Below, one piece after another: positions 39,163 through 52,629 of a DNA stretch of 64,000 bases (positions are counted from its first letter, which is position 1; every line of letters begins with the position of its first letter). Made by a program: the position numbers and the translations under genes. Origin of the DNA: Perna viridis (taxonomy: Eukaryota); contig CM074520.1 in the NCBI GenBank assembly GCA_037379345.1, positions 38,412,664 through 38,476,663 of the forward strand, in the 5' to 3' direction. The notes below the pieces were generated by a model. That model searched no databases and was not told the DNA's origin. It saw nothing but the letters and a program-made list of their open reading frames with translations.

Positions 39163-41256
39163 TTATGATTATTTTTTTCTCGTTTGTTTCAAAGCGTCTG
39201 CGAAGGTTGTTTTTGTTTTTTTTCTTGTAAGTCAAGAGGCATCTATTTGAAAAAGTTATTTTTTTCTGTTTTCGGTGCAAGAATGCCACGCCAATGCGTC
39301 CATACTTCATCTCAACCAATCAAAATCAATGAAAATGCATTTTAATTCATTGATTAATATAGGTATTTTCGCATAAAATTTATTTCTTTGTAAGAGCTGT
39401 TCTAGTAGTGTTTAGTATTTGTTGGACAACAAATCACAATTAAAATTGTTCTAAAATGTAGTAACAATTGTCTAATACGATTGATGGTTCTTTCACTGTG
39501 ATCAAATAGTGTAAATTACTGTAAGATAATCATCTATTTGTTCAACAAAAGAGCTGTCTGCACGTCTCACCAAACTTGTGTCTGCAGTGAAGGAAGGGAA
39601 ACAATACTGTGAAACTATTTACGAGCATAGGCGTAGTAATCATATTTGGATTTGCGAAACTTTTAAGTGATCTAAAATTTTTATTATTTGTTGAAGTTAA
39701 CTTTATTTAAACTTTTGACTTTTCAATATTATATATAACATTGCCACACAATAAATCAAAAATCCTTCTAAAGGGAATCATCCACAAAGTTTTAAATGCA
39801 AGAATGGCAATTTTTACATTTAATTTTATTTAAGGCTACAACTCTACATATTATACCACAACAATAAATTTCCCTGATTATAAAATGAAGTCCTCAAAAG
39901 GCTTTGAAATCACAAGATTGCCACATAAAAAGAACGCATTACAATTGGCTTGATTTGTGTCTGTGTAACTTACCTCCGACGAATATAGTGGGAATATTAG
40001 GATATTGTAAGGCACCAAAATCTGTCGTATTAGAATCGAAATTAATCATGATAACTCAATTTAATCATCGTTTACAAGGCTGGACGTCGATATTGACATT
40101 CAAACCATCGCTATTGGTAAAATATTTTTTTTAAAAATGACCAGTCCGTTGTAAAACAGTAATAAAATTGAGCTTCTTTTATTTGTTATTTACATGTACC
40201 CCACTATACAAAACAATTGTGAACTAAATACTTTTGTTCATTGCGCAAACAAATTAGTTCAAAACTAGCGAAAAGGAACGTCAAAGTTTTAAAAGACGGA
40301 TAAAATTAAGCAATGAAAACCAAATACAACAAAATAGGAAAGGATCCATTGTCTGCCAATACTGCATGTGCAATATTGTAAATCGATATTTGGCAGTTAT
40401 TTTCAGAATAACTTGGGAACTACGTATTGCCTTTAGAACTGTAAACAATATGGCGACCTCCGTGTCGATGTCGCTGAGAAAATTAGTCATACATTTGTTT
40501 CTGCATGTAATATTTCTCCAACTGGAAAAAATTATTTGAATATTGAAATCGTGACTTGTTTTATGTGATGTATGAATAAATGGTATTTTTGTGTTATTTT
40601 GTAACCGTATGCTGGTCTATCCCTCTCTTTATGCATTCCACTGCAGACGACCGGCAGTCGTCCAAAAATATCTTCCGACAGTGAAACGGAATCTGTATCG
40701 CCATTTAACATGGACTGGACGCTGACGTTGAACATCCAGAATCTTAATGTTTATATGCATCTACCGCCAAATTCCTTGCATGACTAACATGCTTCGTGGC
40801 GTAATGATCCATGTGTAAAACAATTCATTTTTGTGATAGGTGATTTTCACGATATAAAATTCAAAATAAATCATAAATTTACGAACTCATTTCAGCGCCC
40901 ATTGTCAACCATTTCTTCATAAAAGTGCGTCGCCGGTTTCGCAAAAAAAGAAATACCTCAGCCACGCAACCGTTTTTTTCGGCATTAAATCACAAAGAAA
41001 ATATTTTTTCTTAAATACTTTTAAAGTCATTAACATTTATAAAATATATGCAGATTACAAACACATATAGCATTTTCTCCAGAATGTATTATTTTAAAAT
41101 GAATGGGCAGACTCGCACGGATTTGCATACCCATACCGTCGCTAACATATTACTCCACGCTGCGTCAATAAAGGCGCAATATAGGTACTTTTTGTAAACC
41201 ACGGAAAAGGCAGTTTTATAGAAAAGACTAAAACCAATATTGTTTTTTCTTTGCAG

Positions 41257-41420
41257 GATAAGCACAATACAAAACCACTGTCCTAGCATATCGGCAATAT
41301 GGGTTACTCGGCGCGAAACGGGGGTAAATCGCTCCCCAAAGCCTCGTGAAACCCCCGTTTCTTGGCCTCACTCCCATATTTTAGATATGCTAGGATACTG
41401 AATGTGTATTGTATCTTTAT
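41257..41420. mobile_element. Crypton-N-like long hairpin
   Basis: CAATACA...TCCTAGCATATC...AATATGGG...GAAACGGGGGT / ACCCCCGTTTC...CCCATATT...GATATGCTAGGA...TGTATTG. Confidence 0.55.
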
Positions 41421-42104
41421 TAGTTAAACAATTAAATTTCTGAATAAAATTATACATTGAAATATTGATTAATTGATAATTGTTAAATTTATAATGACAG
41501 AAATGGGAAACCGTTCAGGACAAGGATGATTCAATAATTGACTGAAATCATACAGACATTCACCCTATTACACTCTAAAGGAATTTAAGCGTTTTCGGAC
41601 TTATTTTCATTGGAAAAGTGCTACTAACAAAGAAACATTGGACATAAAAAGAAATGCGTCCACGTTTAAAGCCAAAAGACATTGTCGGCATCATTAATGT
41701 CAAGAAATGCACGCAATGCCAGACATATCTTGACTGATAGACAAATCAATACTTTACTATATGTTATAACAATATATTCAACAGTTTTAAATAATGCGTT
41801 ATTTCACATATAATTGGACTGTAAACATACTTTCCATGTTGATAAAGTTCTAAATTAATTGAACGTTTTGAGAATTTAAGACATGATAAAACATGAAACT
41901 TAATTAGTAGTCACTAATAAAATATGTCAAGTGATTTGAATAAAACAACACCTTTTTTACTGACATGGTATTCTATTTTAAGTTTTTATTTAGAACAGAA
42001 CACAATAACTATTCATTTACTTGATTTAAATATACAAATTCAGTTTGAATTAATATTTGAGCTGCATCCATCTATAACTTTTATGTCAAGATCACTCAAT
42101 ATAT

Positions 42105-42660
42105 TTTGTATGACAAGTTCACTCAAAACATTGTTTTTAGGAAAAGTTTACTCCATACATACGTTTTATGCCGTCATTCCCTACAAAGGTTTTTTTTTCT
42201 TTTTTTTTTTTCATGTTCACTCCATACACAGGTTTTATGACAAGTTCACTCAAAACATAGTTTTTAGGAAAAGTTTACTCCATACATACGTTTTATGCCG
42301 TCATTCCCTACAAAGGTTTTTTTTTCAAATTCACTCTATACACAGGTTTTATGACAAGTTCACTCAAAACATAGTTTTTAGGAAAAGTTTACTCCATACA
42401 TACGTTTTATGCCGTCATTCCATACAAAGGTTTTTTTTTTTCAAGTTCACTCCATACATAGGTTTTATGGTAAGTTCACTCAAAACATAGCTTTTAAGAA
42501 AAGTTTACTCCATACATATGTTTTATGCCGTCATTCCATACAAAGGTTTTTTCAAGTTCACTCAATACATAGGTTCTTGTTAAGTTCACACTAACATATG
42601 TTGTATGCGAAGTTCACACTATACATATGTTTTATGCCAAGTTCCTTTTATGCATAGGTC
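42105..42660. repeat. About 118-bp tandem repeat (about 4.5 copies) built from 29-bp subunits
   Basis: CAAGTTCACTCAAAACATAGTTTTTAGGAAAAGTTTACTCCATACATACGTTTTATGCCGTCATTCC repeated. Confidence 0.92.
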
Positions 42661-43200
42661 ATATGTCGACACTCATTGCTTAGTTGTCAAATATATTAAT
42701 TTTCAAATCATTATAAAGATACAAGTCTTTTTTTATCAATCCTTCTCAATTACATGCATTGATATACCAATATGTATCACCTGTTCTCCACAAAGCCGAT
42801 GCCATGTGTCTTTCCTCCTGCAAAATAGTAGTATTTTGTTACTTTAACGACAATATAAAACTACATTGATATTATACAGGGATTTTTAAATAGAGAAAGC
42901 ATCCTTGAGTGAAATTATACTGTAAGATCGGTAAGTTTTTAACATGCATGGGTCTGATTTTTCCCATTTTGCCTGATCGTACTTAGAAAGAAAATATTCA
43001 TCCTTAACAGGTGAAAACATGTCTGAAATAATTAATTTTATTGTACAGTGCTGTATACGCGAAGCCACTGTAAACATAAATCAGTAGCGTAAATATACTC
43101 ACCCACAACGTTTACAATCCCTAAAAACAAAACGATTTCTGATTATAGATATTATTTATTATTACTGATTATAATTTTTTTTAAGATAATTTAAGATAAG

Positions 43201-43430
43201 TTTCCTCGTTTGCCTATCCCGGACTTTACTTTTATGAGCAACTCGGCGGGTGTTTTTAGAAAAGCAAAGGGCGCTTGTCCTACCGGTGCACCTAGTCCAT
43301 GCTCCCAGTTTTTAGTGGAGTCCGAGTTGCTCATTTGCTTTTGTTATTTTGTATGTATGATTTTAGTTACTTGATGTTCTTTGATGTGTATTTTTATTTT
43401 CCATGTCTGGTCTTTGTCCCTGGATTACCT
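43201..43430 (+). mobile_element. Solo Penelope pseudo-LTR
   Basis: Homologous to the RT-adjacent repeats at 52630-52895 and 57243-57515. Confidence 0.85.
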
Positions 43431-45169
43431 TGGAATGAGAAAAACATCAGCTGGATATAGTTCGTTTTTCCCCTGGTTTATTACGGTTATTCTTTTAAAT
43501 ACACAAATATAGTTTTTCTTTCAGCGTAATTTACAACTGATTGGTCAATGATTTTCAGATACATAACCATGAAAAAAATACTTTTCATGTTTGTGATTTT
43601 TACGTACGGCAATGTATCAATGAAATGCTACTTAGGTGTAAAATCGTTTGTTCTTTATAATATTCGTTAATTGTGTATATGAACAAAGTGGATGATCAAT
43701 TGTATATTTAGTGTGTTTTTTTTTTTTTTTGTTGTTGTTATTGATGACGTATGTATATAATATGTTTAGATAAGCAAACAATGTGAACTAAAATTCCGAA
43801 AACACATATGAGGCAAATTGGAAGACAAAATAATTAAGGATGATAGCAAAATGTACTCACAGTCTTTCGCTGAGTCTTAAACGAGAAATGAAAGCATTCA
43901 GTTGACAACTTTGTCAATGGTCTATTTAGTAGTCCCTTGATTATATTGGAAAATTTGTTACAATTGGTACAAATACTTATAAATATGAACACTTACATCT
44001 ACGTGGTATTCTATTTGTAGTAAAGATCAAGATAATATTTTGTTAGTGTACAAACTTTTGGCATTTACTCACAGATAGTTTTTAATTGTGAGCAGGTTTT
44101 GTGAATTAACGATTCACAAAACGTGCAATGCCAAGAAGTTGGTTAAGCGAGCTTTACTTGGTCAAACATTTAAAACAAGCCTGGTGATTTAAATTCTAAT
44201 GGATAAATTTAAAAAAAATAAGTCTTATTTCTTCATCAAAGCCATATTTAGTTTGAAAATATTTTAATGGCGTACTGCAAATGGTGGACTTTAATGACGT
44301 AAGAGTACTAAGCTAGTTTAGGGATAACACTTTGCCCTGATGAGAAATAAGCAGTCAAATCTTTTTTACACTGAACTAAACAACATGTTTATAAAGCCAT
44401 ACATATATATGAGATCGTGATACCATGTCTATTAACAAGTACCCATTACACGATATATAGTACTTCACTGCAGAAAAAAGCGCGGTAATTCAGTCAGAAA
44501 GGGGATATACCGCAACTCACGGCAACGTGGTCAATTCCAAGGTCTACGCGATCTAAAATCACATTTTAAAAGTTGGTATTTGACAATCAGTGTCAAGAAT
44601 TAAACGATAAATGATATTCTGGTCATTTCGACATTTATTTGGCAGCCAAAAATTAAATAGCGTATTACAATAACTTAATACGTTAGTTTTAGATCTTTTT
44701 TAACAAAGGTAACGACAAAATGGTTCACAGCAGAATATCCTTGAAAGCAACTTAAAATTATCATTGGAATTTTCAGGTGCTATTTTTTAACGACAAGGTC
44801 TCTTCTAGAATATTTATTTTTTCAATTGCTTAACCATAGAAAACATCCGAATAATTAATGACTTGTTCGCTTCTGGCTTATAAATGTTCCTAATATGCAT
44901 GTACAGTATATATGAAACGGCTAAAACATATCTGCATTATCTTGATGTTCTCTTTTGTGGGTAAACGAAAACTTTATAAGTGTTCTCATATTAATTTAGA
45001 AAAAAAAAACAGTTGGTCATAATGATATTATTGCAGATATTATAACTATATTAATACTTACAAAATGTAGCTGAAAAAAAGAAACAAACATTACTTCACT
45101 TTAAAAAAAGAATCATCAAATCATACAAAATGGTCAACGGTTGAATTAAATAGTCTATCAGTTTTGTAG

Positions 45170-45430
45170 TTCTTTGTTTGTTTGTTTGTTTTGTAAATGT
45201 TGTTGTTTTGTTTGTTTTCTCTTTTTCTTCATTTTTTCTTCACATTTTGGGGTCTAAATTAAGTATGCTATATCCCAATTAGATATATTTGTCAGTATTA
45301 AACGGTGTTTTAAATAAACACACTAGATGTTCGTTTGCTTTGTTTTGTTTTTTTTTTTTTTCGTTTTGTTTTTTTTTTTTTCGTTTTGTTTTTTTTTTTT
45401 GGTTTTTTTTTTCTTTTCTGTTTTTTTTTC
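45170..45430 (+). repeat. T-rich low-complexity and (GTTT)n tracts
   Basis: Poly-T and GTTT runs. Confidence 0.8.
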
Positions 45431-47999
45431 TTATATTTTGTATATATTTATATTCAAATATTGTGTCATGACAAAACAGTTAACGTTTATGTTAGTCATG
45501 ATTAACTGCTACAATTCGATTGTAAGTTTTGATACATAATATGGGAACAACGGTAATACGTCCTTTTTCATTCGAACCTCTTCAAAATCACAAACGTAGT
45601 TGTAATCATGAGTCGCCATGTTATTTCCTGATTCATTCTGATCATGAAAACAAATGACAATTAAATGTGGTTCTATGATTTCAAATAAACATACTACTGA
45701 ACATTATAGAAATCAAATTATTACATATCTATGAACTATTGTATATTCACAAATCAGTTTAAATATTTAAATATAAAAATTATTTATATTTGATTTGTAT
45801 GAAACAACAATGGCTTAAAATATTTACCTTCGACGTGGATTTTTACTGGAATAAAGAAACAGTATGTTCAATTAGAAAATGGCATAGGGATTATAATGAA
45901 ACCGGATATAAATACAAATTACTGTAGTCTTTGATGAATTAATAAACAATCGTATATGATATTTAGATCCCGGATTATAGATTACTCTTCTACTTTCGTA
46001 GAAACTGTAGAAGTTAAACTCGATAGTAAATGTTCGAGGGTTGTTTTAATAAATTATAATATTAAGCATATTTCCTTTTCTTCTTCAAATATAGACAGTT
46101 AGTTCATTTATGTATACAATTACATTAAGATTCATATATTCTAAAGAAACCGCTATCAATAAAATTTGAATATTTTACCATAATGTCGCCATGCAGATTT
46201 TTAGTTGAAAAATAAAACGGAAATCAACCAACATGAAAAAAACCCAGAACCATTTAAGTGTTCAACGGTCTGAGACGGTATAATTGAAAGCAATTAATCA
46301 AGATTTTATTGTAACTATGGGAAGTTTCTGTTATTTGTATTTGTATTTGTAACACCATATCATAGGGTGGCAAAAGAGTCCATCAAAAGAAAGAGACCGC
46401 TATTCTAAAATTATACTTTGAGGGCATCACTTGGGTAAATAAGTATTTAAGTAGATTAAATGCCTTTTGCTTGATTTTAAAAGCTAATAACACGCCAAAA
46501 TAAATGTGCGCATTTACTGTGATCAGGGGAAATAATTTTATAATATAAACACAAATTTAAAAGATACAAAAATACACTACTTTTCGAGTTTCAAATGTAA
46601 AACGATTCTAAGGATCAACTACATTGGTTTTTCGGAAACTGCATTCTGAAGGAAATGTTCATGCTTTACGCAAGGATGTTAAGGTACTTTCGTGTATGTT
46701 TTGTAAGGGGGAGACAACTCTGTCATGACGTCGATTGGTAACCACAGAATGGCTACGCCATTACCCTTGCTTCGTTCATAAAATGGTGTCTTTTCAATAT
46801 TTTACGGTTCTTTATAGCTTTGGTTTCGTTTGCATTCGGTAGAAATAAATGTACTCGTTTTAATATTGCGTGTTAGATGAAAGAAAAGTGTATTTCAAGG
46901 TGAAAATATATCGTTTGTGAATGCGCATATCATTAGTCTTGGGCGGAACTTTTTACCTTATATGGAAAACGACGTTGGCGAGAAGCTTGAAAAATTTCTG
47001 TCAGCTGTTTGCTCGTTGCTTGAGAAAAGGAAGAAGAAAACAACACTATACGACGTAATATCACATCTAGTCCAATGTACCAACGTATGGGATGATAGCT
47101 GCAGGTGATGTTTGTATACTGTGGTTATCGATTTAGTATTTTTTTTCTCATACGCTCACTTGGCCTTGGGTCAAAATTGAAATTATGCATATTCTATTGG
47201 CATATAGCTCTGGAAATTTCAAATACTGATTGAATCATAGAAATATAGCGTCCAATTTTACATGTACCTGTAACTACACGTATTACTAACTGTCTTATAT
47301 GTTCTCTGTGACCATTCACTGTGTTAACAAAGCAGTATTTTTGCTTTCTTGTATCCATGCAGGCTATAGCCATTTCACTTAATGTCACAATGACATGTTT
47401 AATTTCAATAATTGATATTTATAATTGGTCATTTTTTCTCCAGTGGTGGGTTGGCAAAATGTACTTGGACCCCCTTTTTATAGAAATTTTAGCTAATGTT
47501 ATGTGCGTACAGTATTTATAATTTTCTTAATGTACAAAATAAAGAATGAAGAAGTATTTCTCATCACGTGCTGTAAAATGTGGAAAAAAATCTGACTTCT
47601 TAGTTTCAATAATCCAATAAAGAAAGAAATGTCAGTTTTATTGTCAAAATTATATTTGAGTTTCAGACTGATATACATTTCATAGTGAATAATTGTATGA
47701 CATATAAAATTTGATGCCAATATCTTTTTTTTCTTTTTGGTTCAGATGTGTTCGAAATTTGAGAAAATCTAGCAATTGTTATGTGCTGACTATATGTATA
47801 ATTGTTTTTATGAACAGGTTAAAGATTAAAAGGCATTTCACATCAGCTTCTTAGAAAAGTCATTGAAATCCTAAATTGCATTATTCATTTTATTATCCTA
47901 TTGCCCGATTTGACATAATTTGGAACTGCTTATCTGAATTAGTTGATACTTTGTACATATTAAATCAAATTGATTCCTCAAGCATTTTACATGTAACTT

Positions 48000-49080
48000 C
48001 ATGCATGAAATTGCATGTATAATGCATTATGAATGAATTTATGTGCAGTACTTAGTCTGAAATTGTAGGTAGAATGCTTGAGGAATGAATTTATATTCAG
48101 TACTAGGTATGAAAATGCATGTAGAATGCTTGAGGAATGAATTTAGGTGCAATAGAAAGTAAAAAAATTGCATGTCGAATGCCTGAGGAATGAATTTCTG
48201 TGCAGCACAGGGTAAGAAATGGCAAGCAGAATGCATGAGGAAGAAATTTATGTGAGTACTAAGTATGAAACTGCATGTAGAATGCCTGAGGAAAGAATTT
48301 TTGTGCAGTGTAGAGTAAAAAAAATGCACGTTGAATGCATGAGGAATGAATTAATGTGCAGTACAAGGTATGAAGTGGCATGTAGAATGCATGAGGAATG
48401 AATTTATGTGCAGTTATAACTATGAAACTGCATGTAGAATTCTTGACGAATAAATTTATGTGCAGTAGAGAGTAAAATATTGCATGTTGAATGCATGAGA
48501 GTTGAATTTCTGTGCAGTAAAGGGTATGAAGTGGCATGTAGAATGCATGAGGAATGAATTTATGTGCAGTACTAAGTATGAAACTACATGTAGAATGCCT
48601 GAAGAATGAATTTATGTGCAGAAGAGAATAAAAAAAATGCATGTTGAATGCACGAAGAATGAATTTATGTGCAGAAAAGAGTAAAGAGAGTATAAAATTG
48701 CATGTTGAATGCATGAGAGTTGAATTTTTGTGCAGTACAAGGTATGAAATGGCATGTAGAATGCATGAGAGATGAATTTATGTGCAGTACTAAGTATGAA
48801 ACTGCATGTAGAATGCCTGAGGAATAAATTTATGTGCAGTAATGGATATAAAGTTGCATGTAAGATGCATTAAGGGATAAATTATAAGCAGTTATGAGAA
48901 TGTATTGTTCATAGAATGCTTGAGGAATGAATTTCCTTGCAGTACAAAGGTATAATGCATGAGGAATGAATGTATTTGTAGCACAGGATATGAAATGGCA
49001 TATAGAATGCATGGGGAATGAATAAATGTTCAGTACAAAGTATGAAATTGCATGTAGAATTCTTGAGGAATGAATTTTTC
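48000..49080. repeat. About 45-bp tandem satellite (roughly 23 copies)
   Basis: Unit GAAATTGCATGTAGAATGCATGAGGAATGAATTTATGTGCAGTACTAAGTAT. Confidence 0.95.
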
Positions 49081-52000
49081 AATTGTTTTGAAACTGGCAA
49101 AGTATTATCAAGTTTAATACTATATTGCTCATGTCAGTAGTTCAGGTTTAAGTCTTTAAACAGGCAGAGAGAAAACAAAACATAAGGAAATGTTTTTAAA
49201 TGTGGGTGTATGTAATATCGTAGCAACTATTACAGACAAATAGAAAAATTAGATCTGTATGTATTTGTAACATTTTCTGCGAAACCTTACAAATCTGAAC
49301 ACTATATGTAAAAATGTGATCCCTATTTTATAAATGCATAATATTGAAAGTGATTCATTTTATTTCTTTTACATTTGAGATTGCACCAAACATTTTGGTT
49401 GGTTCTGGCTTATAGCACCAATAATTTATTATGAATGAATCAACAAAATAATGGCTAGTTTATGGAAAGCTGTTTTGACCCATATAATAACATGATATCA
49501 AGAGTATTTAATGTGTGAATATACATGCACATGAATGACAAATGAAGTATACCCAAAGTTCCTGTTGATGACCACCAAAAAAAGAAATCTCTGTGTTTAT
49601 AATAAGATAAAGTGTGAGGAGAAATTGAGTGAAAGAGCCAATTGTAAAGAAGATGTTGGTACTTACAATGTATACATAGACAATTACACATCATGTATAG
49701 AACATCTATGTACGTGTAGATACATGCATTGACAAAAATAAACAGAAAGATTATGCGTGCTTTCAAAATATGGTGAAAATAAAGATTATTTGCTGAATTC
49801 TTAAAATCTATTGAAGTGTCCTCAAATGGACATGGATTCAAAAATAAAATTGTTTCGAATATTACAGATATTACAGGTCAATCAAGTACTGTAACATATG
49901 TAAATGAATGGTTTTTAAACGTAGTATCATTCAAGTAACTAAAACATGTTGCTTCCAAAGCGGTATTCATCACAAACAAGTTCACGAAAATTGACTCTAG
50001 GAGTAAAATAATGAATCCAAAGGAAACAAATTACTATTTTTTCAAGTGAGCCTTACACCATTCCCTTGTGTCAAGGTTTTCTCCTTCGCAAGCAATTTGA
50101 ATATTGAAATATTTCTTGTAGATTGTGAGAATTTATAATTCAAAGGAAAAAAGAATCTTTTTTTTCATCTAAACTTTTACATTTTTTTTTTGTGAATGGG
50201 CAAGTCCAAACACAAAAATTACTTTCATTTGTTTCTTCTTTACAAAAACAACTCGTATCTCTTCCAAGTTTGTATTAATTTAGGCATAAACAACACTTTA
50301 TCAAATCACCAAGAAAATGTAGCCAATAATATGGTTGATGTACATATTATTGGCTAAAGTGGTTGAGAGCACAAAGAATGTGTCACATAACGACATGAAT
50401 AACAATGTAGATTAATAATAGGTGCATGTTATTGTTTTTTCTAAGTCGTTTTGATCTGATCGTATATCCATACATGTTTTTGCAGGATGAACATGATATA
50501 TGTTTCTGTCTGATGAAATGACTAGTAACTTCTAAATTATAGTTAAACATTGCATGTCTGACCACAAGGAAGGATGTTGAAAAATACAGAAAGATAGCTT
50601 TAAATGATCAAAATGGGAAATTTCAACACCAAACAGAAGCTTGCATCAATTGCTAATTGTGTTACAGATGTCGCAGTCAGAAAATTCAAAGTTCATTGAG
50701 CGTTTGAATGGATATTACGTACATGTATACGCTGTAAGTGCCCAAACAAAACTAAGTGTCGGGTAAAATGGCATTAATTCTGATCGGAGCGTGTCAAACA
50801 ATTTGTTTTGTTTTTTTGTTTTTTTTTTGTTTTTTTTTTTTTTTTTTTTGGGGGGGGGTCAAAAATGGTGGAAAATCAAGTTTTCACACTAAAATATACA
50901 TTTTTCAAAAAAAAAAAAAAAAAGAAACAAAAACACAATAACAACAAAAAAAGAAACGGGGGTGCGAACGTTCCCTCCGAATTTACTAACTGCGTGATTC
51001 AAGAGACAGATCCACCAATCTTGGGTCTCGCAAGGCAAACCCAGACAAGTTACTAAAATTAAAATGCTTGATGTAAAATCGGCTTTACTTTCCAATTTAC
51101 ATTATATTCTTATCTTCAATTGTTCTTTTTATTTTCATTGTATCATTAAAGATAATGATGGGTGATAATAAGATACATTACGTATGAGTCGCTTTATAGT
51201 TCCGCTAGTTTGCAGTAATTACCATTCTCCTATCAATAATTCTTTGCCTAAACGTTGGATATTTATCTGATTATAAGGTACATGTACTTGCATCAAAACA
51301 CGCGCTTCATAGGCGTAAACATTCTAACTAGAATAGTCGTAAACATTCTAGGGAGTGACGTAACGCGAAATAAATCGACTGAAAGATATTTGACCAGATA
51401 TACACACGTTGGTTTTACCCCTAGTTGTACGAGATAAGCCTTAGCTATAAAACACTTGTAACTTAATTTTATTGTGATAATTATTAATTTTAAAAGAAGC
51501 AGAGTAGGGGTGTGGGCTGAAGTCCCCTTAGCTCCCCAGGTAAATCCGCCACTGCTAAGCACTAAAATAGTACTATAATGGAGAAAAACAGGATAGGGTA
51601 TGTATTAAATGCTAAAATTGCATAAAAAACGAGTCAGACATGCGTTCCAAAGCTTTTTTGGGTTGAATAAATAAAAAATCCGATTTTTTTTCCAAAAAAG
51701 TAAAAAAAAAAAAAAATAAATAACTAAATCCTGTCCTTGAGTGCCTGTGGAATGGTACTTTGAACAGTCCCTGCGTAAAAGTAGACTCGACTTTGTAATA
51801 TTGAAGATTATTTCATTTCATAATTAGTTCATTAAAATTATATTGTTTAAATTTAATATTTTAATAAAATGAGAACAAAGTGTTTTAAAATTAAAACTTA
51901 TTAATTAACCAGTAGTTCCACGTCCATATTTTCTCGGCAGTTAACGTCATGTCGTCATCAGTACAATGCGGAATGTCCATTCCATTCTCTTCCGTAGTCC

Positions 52001-52629
52001 GATTTTGATATTACATTACTATTGTCATTCTTTTGAACGTTTTGATTTACGTCATCTATTACGATTGGAACTAATTAAATGATGCCACTCTATTTTGATC
52101 CAAAAGGACAGGAGGAAGAGCTAAATAGACTCACTAGATTTATGGTGGGATCGATAGCGGAAATTTAAATGTTTTTTTTTTTTTAAATTGCTGTGACTAA
52201 TTTACCTTAACTTTTTAACAAATAGAAAAAAGCAAATGAAGTGCAATCTTGATGAAATTTGTAAAAAGAAAAACACTGCTTTGGACCAAAATTTAAATAT
52301 GTGTACGATCTCAGGTCACAGCACTTTTTGGATAGTGTAAAGTAACTTAAACATGTCAGAATGGGCTGTGGTTGGCTTCCTCTGTATATTTTGAAGTTTC
52401 TGACATTTTATGAAGAAGGCATGTTTTGGTCACGTGATTCATTTCTATTTCAGGAATGTTGAAATTTTTTCATAAAGAATCGATGGACTGATATCGTAGA
52501 ATATGTACATATGTAGTTTTTGTATGAAAAATAAATGTCAAATAGAGGATTTTATTTGGAGGTTGAAACATACTTAAGATTGAACAGGATTTTTGTCGTT
52601 TTTTTTCTGGAACCTTAACATCGTTGCGT

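Noticed and set aside
36965-39319. ORFs containing X runs
   Set aside because: They are open only because they span N gaps.
41924-42847. ORFs up to 188 aa
   Set aside because: They are translations of the 118-bp tandem repeat with no recognisable domain.
44330-44365. CTGATGAG..GAAA as a hammerhead ribozyme
   Set aside because: No stem II or flanking helices could be formed; it is probably a chance motif.
48039-49100. His/Phe-rich ORFs
   Set aside because: Artefacts of the 45-bp satellite (unit length divisible by 3).
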